DNA from: Bacillus subtilis subsp. subtilis str. 168
Lineage (GTDB): Bacteria > Bacillota > Bacilli > Bacillales > Bacillaceae
Assembly: GCF_000009045.1 (NCBI RefSeq)
Contig: NC_000964.3
Coordinates: 2,100,001 to 2,132,000 of the forward strand
DNA: 32,000 nt
Direction: 5' to 3'
The notes beneath the pieces were generated by a model. The model was not told where the DNA came from. It saw only the letters and a program-made list of their open reading frames with translations, and made no database searches. The translations under genes were made by a program, and so were the position numbers. Every line of letters starts with the position of its first letter. Position 1 is the first letter of the stretch. Below, one piece after another: positions 26,998-32,000 of this stretch.

Positions 26998-27257
26998 ATA
27001 AATGCGGAAGTCATCAGTATAGAAGCATCCAGCAATACGAAAAACCTGGATCTCCTTTTATATCCGGTTTAAATGCCAATTGGAAGCTGACTGGGTTTTG
27101 GCTGAAAATATAAAATTTTGCTGATTTGCATAATAAGATACATCATAATCCCCATTTACAATAGGTTGGATGTTATAGCTTATTGATCATTTCCTATTTT
27201 ATATATCCCCTTCATATGCACATGACATTTTTGCCAATCCGGAAATATCAGTCTGAC

Positions 27258-27303
27258 AAATATAAAAAGTCATGTAAACGGGTGTGAACCGTACTTACAT
27301 GAC
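27258..27303 (-). terminator. Rho-independent terminator of yodB
   Basis: Stem GTCATGTAA/TTACATGAC (27269-27303) with an inner ACGG/CCGT pairing. The minus-strand RNA follows with UUUUUAUAUUU. Confidence 0.75.
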
Positions 27304-27344
27304 TCACCATGGAAACAAAGGCTCTTTTTCAGGTGCCGCTTTCC

Positions 27345-27683
27345 TTATTTCTCTTCTTCACACACTGTGTCACCAGGCTCGCAAAATTGATCGGCCCATG
27401 CCTGCATTTCTTGAAATACAGCTTGAAGCGCTGTTCCTTTTTCAGTCAGCGTGTAGATGACTTTGACCGGCGTTTCAGGGAGAACCTGCCGTTCGACAAT
27501 CTCGTTTTGTTCAAGCTCCTTCAAGCGCTCTGCCAACATTTTTTGGCTGATCATCGGTATTGTTTCCGTTATCTCTTTAAACCGTTTCGGCCCATCCATT
27601 AGCACATGGATGATCAGACCGTTCCATCGTTTTCCCAGCAATGAGAATGCGGATTCCATTTTAGGGCACATCGTATTTCCCAT
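27345..27683 (-). CDS. yodB: HxlR/DUF24-family thiol-based redox-sensing repressor (112 aa)
   Basis: HxlR-type wHTH (FSLLGKRWNGLII...FKEI...ISQKMLAERLKELE). Sensing Cys6 (MGNTMC) plus Cys101 and Cys108 in the C-terminal tail. Confidence 0.95.
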   Translation of the reverse strand: MGNTMCPKMESAFSLLGKRWNGLIIHVLMDGPKRFKEITETIPMISQKMLAERLKELEQNEIVERQVLPETPVKVIYTLTEKGTALQAVFQEMQAWADQFCEPGDTVCEEEK

Positions 27684-27708
27684 AAGTCTTCATCCCTTCA
27701 TCTATTGA

Positions 27709-27737
27709 TTGACATGTATTCAATGATCCATTACAAT
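27709..27737 (+). promoter_or_regulatory. SigmaA-type promoter for yodC
   Basis: TTGACA (27709-27714), 17 nt, TACAAT (27732-27737). It sits in the yodB/yodC divergent region. Confidence 0.65.
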
Positions 27738-27812
27738 AATCTTTCAAGTTACATTTAGTAAGCTTCTAACTTTTCTATTATCATACCACGTTTATCCGAA
27801 GGAGGAAACACT

Positions 27813-28421
27813 ATGACGAATACTCTGGATGTTTTAAAAGCACGTGCATCTGTAAAGGAATATGATACAAATGCCCCGATCTCTAAGGAGGAGCTGACTG
27901 AGCTATTAGACCTTGCCACTAAAGCGCCTTCTGCTTGGAACCTTCAGCATTGGCATTTTACAGTATTCCACAGCGATGAATCAAAAGCGGAGCTTCTTCC
28001 TGTAGCGTATAATCAAAAACAAATCGTTGAGTCTTCTGCTGTTGTTGCCATTTTAGGCGATTTAAAGGCAAATGAAAACGGTGAAGAAGTTTATGCTGAA
28101 TTAGCAAGCCAAGGCTATATTACGGATGAAATCAAACAAACATTGCTCGGCCAAATCAACGGTGCTTACCAAAGCGAGCAATTCGCACGTGATTCCGCTT
28201 TCTTAAATGCTTCTTTAGCTGCTATGCAGCTTATGATTGCCGCAAAAGCAAAAGGTTATGACACTTGCGCAATCGGCGGATTTAACAAAGAGCAGTTCCA
28301 AAAGCAATTTGATATCAGTGAGCGCTATGTTCCGGTTATGCTTATTTCAATCGGCAAAGCAGTGAAGCCTGCGCATCAAAGCAACCGTCTGCCGCTTTCA
28401 AAAGTATCAACTTGGCTGTAA
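27813..28421 (+). CDS. yodC: NAD(P)H-flavin nitroreductase (202 aa)
   Basis: Nitroreductase-family sequence (RASVKEY...APSAWNLQHWHF). GAAGGAGG SD. Confidence 0.93.
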   Translation: MTNTLDVLKARASVKEYDTNAPISKEELTELLDLATKAPSAWNLQHWHFTVFHSDESKAELLPVAYNQKQIVESSAVVAILGDLKANENGEEVYAELASQGYITDEIKQTLLGQINGAYQSEQFARDSAFLNASLAAMQLMIAAKAKGYDTCAIGGFNKEQFQKQFDISERYVPVMLISIGKAVKPAHQSNRLPLSKVSTWL

Positions 28422-28427
28422 GGATAT

Positions 28428-28467
28428 GAAAAACCTTAGTCCGAAATCCGGACTAAGGTTTTTTTAT
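28428..28467. terminator. Bidirectional terminator between yodC and mhqD
   Basis: 12-bp stem AACCTTAGTCCG/CGGACTAAGGTT (28432-28460), A5 upstream and T7 downstream. The T-run overlaps the mhqD stop. Confidence 0.9.
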
Positions 28468-29066
28468 ACAATCGCCTCTTTGTACCATTCACGAGCCTGT
28501 TCAGCTTCATGCTGAGTCAGCTGATGGCCCCCGTCCTGCCAGTAAACGGAGGCTGATGCCCCGCTGTCACGCAAATAGCGGTAAAGCTCTTCTGATTCTT
28601 CCTTCGTGCAAAGAGGATCGTATTTCCCGGCACCGATAAAAACAGGGAGCCCCGCCATATCAGGCAGCTCGATACCCCGAATCGGAACCATTGGATGATG
28701 CAGAATAGCCCCTTTTAACACATCTTTATAATGAAAAAGCAGGCTTGCCGCAATGTTTGCGCCGTTTGAATAACCGACTGCAATCACTCGGCCGCGATTA
28801 AACTGATGCGTTTCTGCAGCCTCGTCGATAAAATCTTTCAATTCTCTTGTCCGCACCACAAGATCCTTTTCATCAAAAACTCCTTCACTCAGACGTTTGA
28901 AAAATCGCGGCATTCCATTTTCAAGCACCGATCCTCTGACACCAAGCAAATGGGCATCAGGGTCTATAAACCGCCCCAATGAAAGCAGATCGTGTTCATT
29001 ACCACCCGTGCCATGCAACAGCAAAAGTACGTTGTCAGATGTTCCTTTCTCATAAATATGCTTCAT
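28464..29066 (-). CDS. mhqD: Phospholipase/carboxylesterase-family alpha/beta hydrolase (200 aa)
   Basis: Nucleophile elbow GYSNG and an alpha/beta-hydrolase pattern. It lies 15 nt downstream of mhqE. Confidence 0.9.
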   Translation of the reverse strand: MKHIYEKGTSDNVLLLLHGTGGNEHDLLSLGRFIDPDAHLLGVRGSVLENGMPRFFKRLSEGVFDEKDLVVRTRELKDFIDEAAETHQFNRGRVIAVGYSNGANIAASLLFHYKDVLKGAILHHPMVPIRGIELPDMAGLPVFIGAGKYDPLCTKEESEELYRYLRDSGASASVYWQDGGHQLTQHEAEQAREWYKEAIV

Positions 29067-29081
29067 TATAAATTCCCCCTT

Positions 29082-29993
29082 TTAAAGTTCAGGTAAAATG
29101 TCTGTAATTTGTTGTCTATGTTTCTCCAGCCATTCAGGCAGTTTTAAGGAAGTCCCTAGCTCAGCAAACGTTTCATCTGTCATAAAGCCCGGTTCATCTG
29201 TGGCAATTTCAAATAAGATACCGCCTTTCTCCCTAAAATAAACTGATGTAAAGTATTCCCTGTCGAGAATTTCTGACGAAGGCAGATGGTTTTCAGCAAT
29301 AATCGGCAGCCATTTCGCCTGTTCCTTTTTCTTAGTCCGAAACGCTACATGGTGTACCGTACCATATCCTCCGACTCCTCTTTTTTCAGGATGTAAATGG
29401 ACATCAATGACACCGCCGACCGCCGCTGAAGATGCCAGTCTGACAATCTGGTCTTCTTCGGCCACTTTGGTGTATCCAAAGCTTTCCGTTAACAATTGTA
29501 TGGTCGCCTGCGGGTCGTAGGAATATAGCAGCACACCTTTCATTCCCGTAATTGCTTCATTTGTTGTGATCCCGTCAGGCGTCCACTCGCTTTTGCCGCT
29601 TTTCGCATCCTCCATGATCGCCAGCGGAAGGTCTTCTGTATCATCAAAAATAAGACCTTTTTCACCAAACAACGTTTTTTCCTCTAGGCTCAGCCCGCTT
29701 TTCTCAAGACGTTCCTTCCAAAAAGACAGGGAGCCTGAGGGAACTGAAAAGTACACCCGGCCCGCTTGGCCTTTTCCTACCGTTCCCTGTCCGCTTCCTT
29801 GGAACGGAAAAAAGGTCATTATTGTACCGGGATCTCCGTTTTGATTCCCAAAGTAAAAATGATACGTTCCGGGATCATCAAAGTTTACTGTTTTTTTAAC
29901 GAGCCTGAGCCCAAGCACTTCTGTATAAAATCGCAAGTTTTCTTGCGGATCTCTGGCGAATGCTGTGACATGGTGCAATCCTTCTGTTTTCAT
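29082..29993 (-). CDS. mhqE: Glyoxalase/bleomycin-resistance/ring-cleaving dioxygenase (VOC) family protein (303 aa)
   Basis: Two VOC modules (GLHHVTA...; VHHVAFR...). AGGAGTGAG SD. Confidence 0.9.
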   Translation of the reverse strand: MKTEGLHHVTAFARDPQENLRFYTEVLGLRLVKKTVNFDDPGTYHFYFGNQNGDPGTIMTFFPFQGSGQGTVGKGQAGRVYFSVPSGSLSFWKERLEKSGLSLEEKTLFGEKGLIFDDTEDLPLAIMEDAKSGKSEWTPDGITTNEAITGMKGVLLYSYDPQATIQLLTESFGYTKVAEEDQIVRLASSAAVGGVIDVHLHPEKRGVGGYGTVHHVAFRTKKKEQAKWLPIIAENHLPSSEILDREYFTSVYFREKGGILFEIATDEPGFMTDETFAELGTSLKLPEWLEKHRQQITDILPEL

Positions 29994-30008
29994 TTTCTCA
30001 CTCCTATT

Positions 30009-30061
30009 TATCTCGATTTCAAGATATTTATTATTTTAAACCTTTATTGAAAAGGATGCAA
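30009..30061 (-). promoter_or_regulatory. mhqED promoter with a 9+9 inverted-repeat operator
   Basis: The minus strand reads TTGCAT (30061-30056), 17 nt, TAAAAT (30038-30033). Six nt downstream is the inverted repeat TATCTCGAT|TTCAAGATA (30009-26 on the + strand). It resembles the MhqR operator as I recall it. Confidence 0.55.
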
Positions 30062-30115
30062 ACCATGTGTTTTGATTAAATAATTGAAAAAATCATTTTT
30101 TTCTAATAATTATCT

Positions 30116-30132
30116 TGTGATCTTTTCTTACA
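30116..30132 (+). promoter_or_regulatory. TnrA/GlnR-box upstream of the 66-aa ORF and yodF
   Basis: TGTGATCTTTTCTTACA matches every specified position of TGTNA-N7-TNACA. It overlaps a candidate -35/-10 pair, TTGTGA (30115-30120), 17 nt, TATTAT (30138-30143). Confidence 0.6.
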
Positions 30133-30176
30133 ACTGCTATTATAGTGAGCATTATCATGTTTCAGGAGGAAAGTAA

Positions 30177-30377
30177 ATGGTTAAAAAAGCACTTATTGTT
30201 ATTCTCATTCTTTTGCCATTCGTTCAGCTCGCGCTTTTGCCGCTTGTGAATCGAATAGAACCGATTATGTTCGGCCTGCCGTTTTTCCACTTTTGGCTGC
30301 TGCTGTGGATTATTGTTACGCCGTTATGCTCGTTTGGCATTTATCAGATGCAAAAAAAAGATGGAGGACTTGAATAA
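30177..30377 (+). CDS. Small two-TM membrane protein coupled to the downstream SSS transporter (66 aa; DUF3311-like)
   Basis: AGGAGGAAAG lies 6 nt before the ATG. It has two hydrophobic helices. Its stop overlaps the yodF start (TAATG). Confidence 0.75.
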   Translation: MVKKALIVILILLPFVQLALLPLVNRIEPIMFGLPFFHFWLLLWIIVTPLCSFGIYQMQKKDGGLE

Positions 30378-31867
30378 TGCAAGGGAATCTGACTGCACTT
30401 CTCATTACTGCTATTATTGTTTTAACCGTTGTCTGTATCGGCTTTCTCGCCGGAAGAGACAAATCCTCACGTACTTCTGTGGAAGAATGGTCTGTCGGCG
30501 GCAGACGCTTCGGCGGTCTTCTCGTCTGGTTTTTAGTAGGCGCTGACCTTTATACGGCCTATACTTTCTTAGGGTTGACCAGTACTGCTTTTACAGGCGG
30601 AAGTGTTGCATTTTTCGCCATTCCTTATTCTGTGTTGGCCTACTTTATCGCCTACTTCTTCTTGCCAAAACTTTGGAAAGTTGCGAAAATTCATAAATTA
30701 ACAACACTCGCGGATTATGCCCGGGAACGTTTTAACAGTAAGCTTTTGGCAAGCCTCGTTGCCATCGTTGGGGTACTCATGCTTATTCCGTACATATGCC
30801 TTCAGCTGAGCGGCATTCAAGACACGCTTCAGGTTGCCGGCACTGGCTATATTAACGTAAAATTCGTTGTGATCATTTCATTTATTCTTGTTGCTCTTTA
30901 CACATTCTTCAGCGGGATTAAAGGGCCCACATATACAGCCATCATTAAGGACATTTTAGTATGGGTCATTATGCTGTTTATGGTGGTGTCCCTCCCTCTC
31001 ATTCATTTTAACGGCTGGACGCCAATGATTGACACGTTAGTGAAGGAAGCGCCGCAAATGCTGACGATACCGTCAGAAGGGCCAAAAGGCATTCCTTGGT
31101 TTATCACAGCATCTATTGTTTCCGCTCTGGCACTTTTTATGTGGGCACATGCCGCTACAGGTGTTTTCACGGCGAAAAGCGCTGATGCAGTAAGAAAAAA
31201 CAGCATGTTTTTGCCGCTTTATAATATCGTGTTAATTTTGGTTATTTTTCTTGGCTTTATCGCCTTTCTTGTTCTGCCGGAAGATACAAATCCAAGGCTG
31301 GCGCTGCTGCATTTGATTCAAACATCTTACGGCGGCGTGGCACAAGGCTTTGCATATGCCACTATCGCTCTTGCTTCATTAATACCTTGTTCCATTATGG
31401 CAATCGGCGCATCGAATTTATTCGCCAACAACCTATACCGGGATTTGATTCATCCGAATGTGTCGCAAAGCAAGCTGACTCTTGTCACACGTTCAATGGT
31501 GTTTGTTGTCATCGGTCTTGCGCTGCTGTTTGGAATGCTGTTCCCGACTGCCTTAGTGACACTTCAGCTATTAGGTGTATCCGGTATGGTGCAAATCTTC
31601 CCTGCGATTGCTGTCAGCCTGTTCTGGAAAAACCAAACGAAAGAAGCAACGGTTATCGGATTATTAGCCGGCCTAGCGGTAACGTTTATTGTGTATATCA
31701 CTCAATCCGCACATGGCATTTATGAAGGATTCTGGGGATTGGCCGCCAACATGATCGCTGTGGTCATCCTGAATCCGCTGTTCGTTAAAAACGCGGGATC
31801 CAATCCTGTCATTGAAGGTTTATTTGGCAAAAAACAAGACGCTAATCCAAATCAAAAGGGCGCATAA
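30377..31867 (+). CDS. yodF: Sodium:solute symporter (SSS) family permease (496 aa)
   Basis: SSS-family multi-TM sequence. GGAGG at 30363-30367 precedes ATG 30377. Recognised as YodF. Confidence 0.93.
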   Translation: MQGNLTALLITAIIVLTVVCIGFLAGRDKSSRTSVEEWSVGGRRFGGLLVWFLVGADLYTAYTFLGLTSTAFTGGSVAFFAIPYSVLAYFIAYFFLPKLWKVAKIHKLTTLADYARERFNSKLLASLVAIVGVLMLIPYICLQLSGIQDTLQVAGTGYINVKFVVIISFILVALYTFFSGIKGPTYTAIIKDILVWVIMLFMVVSLPLIHFNGWTPMIDTLVKEAPQMLTIPSEGPKGIPWFITASIVSALALFMWAHAATGVFTAKSADAVRKNSMFLPLYNIVLILVIFLGFIAFLVLPEDTNPRLALLHLIQTSYGGVAQGFAYATIALASLIPCSIMAIGASNLFANNLYRDLIHPNVSQSKLTLVTRSMVFVVIGLALLFGMLFPTALVTLQLLGVSGMVQIFPAIAVSLFWKNQTKEATVIGLLAGLAVTFIVYITQSAHGIYEGFWGLAANMIAVVILNPLFVKNAGSNPVIEGLFGKKQDANPNQKGA

Positions 31868-31903
31868 AAAAACCATACGCGGCAGCCGCGTATGGTTTTT
31901 TTT
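31865..31903. terminator. Bidirectional terminator after yodF, shared with the edge ORF
   Basis: 11-bp stem ACCATACGCGG/CCGCGTATGGT (31872-31896), A7 upstream and T8 downstream. Confidence 0.9.
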
Positions 31904-32000
31904 ACATTTCTTTTTTCAGTGTTTCAATTGCCTTTTCCATTTGCGTATCATTATCAGACAGCTTCTTTTGAAGTTCTATCATTAATTTCGTTGTTGTATC
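31902..32000 (-). CDS. C-terminal end of a small charged/helical protein, truncated by the window edge
   Basis: The minus-strand frame is open from the window edge: ...DTTTKLMIELQKKLSDNDTQMEKAIETLKKEM, stop at 31902-31904. It ends directly at the bidirectional terminator. The start is not visible. Confidence 0.4.
   Translation of the reverse strand, partial: DTTTKLMIELQKKLSDNDTQMEKAIETLKKEM

Noticed and set aside
26925-27113. 62-aa + strand track ORF overlapping the yodA stop and terminator
   Set aside because: It has no SD, runs through the terminator hairpin, and has a Lys/Ser/His-rich, non-protein-like sequence.
27749-27761. TTAC-N5-GTAA palindrome just downstream of the yodC promoter, as a YodB operator
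   Set aside because: The arms are only 4 bp, and I cannot recall the YodB box well enough to verify it. The position is plausible but the evidence is insufficient to report a feature.

Overview
The window reads as core chromosome of Bacillus subtilis (168-like). I recognised it from the translated proteins, from memory; no search was run. The gene order is yozC, dhaS, sqhC-sodF, yocR, yocS, odhBA, yojO-yojN, sodC, cwlS, yojK, cdaS, yojI-rsbRC, bshB2-yojF-(92 aa), yojE, gerT, yojB-yojA, yodA, yodB, yodC, mhqDE, (66 aa)-yodF, then a partial ORF at the 3' edge. I call 32 CDS. Thirty come from the ORF track, and eight of those were trimmed to a downstream start that has a proper Shine-Dalgarno sequence. 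One is a 36-aa ORF too short for the track, and one is a truncated ORF at the window edge. Almost every transcription unit ends in a clear rho-independent hairpin, and every convergent gene pair shares one bidirectional hairpin. I found no rRNA, tRNA, CRISPR array, IS or transposase, integrase, prophage or recognisable defence island, so I cannot honestly point to a clearly novel system. The least explained module is the orphan MoxR-type AAA+ / VWA-MIDAS pair yojN-yojO (NorQ/NorD-like, with no known client), which sits behind a copper-site-degenerate SodC-like lipoprotein. Other items worth a second look: an untracked 36-aa membrane ORF behind a palindromic forespore-type promoter between cdaS and yojI; a promoter-proximal STAB-SD-like orphan Shine-Dalgarno far upstream of cwlS; a Gly/Tyr/Pro-rich mini-protein (yojB) next to gerT; a near-perfect cre and a set of repeated words in the yojA/yodA divergent region; operator-like sites for the mhqED and yodF promoters. 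All motif coordinates were counted by hand. No folding energies, composition statistics or alignments were computed.
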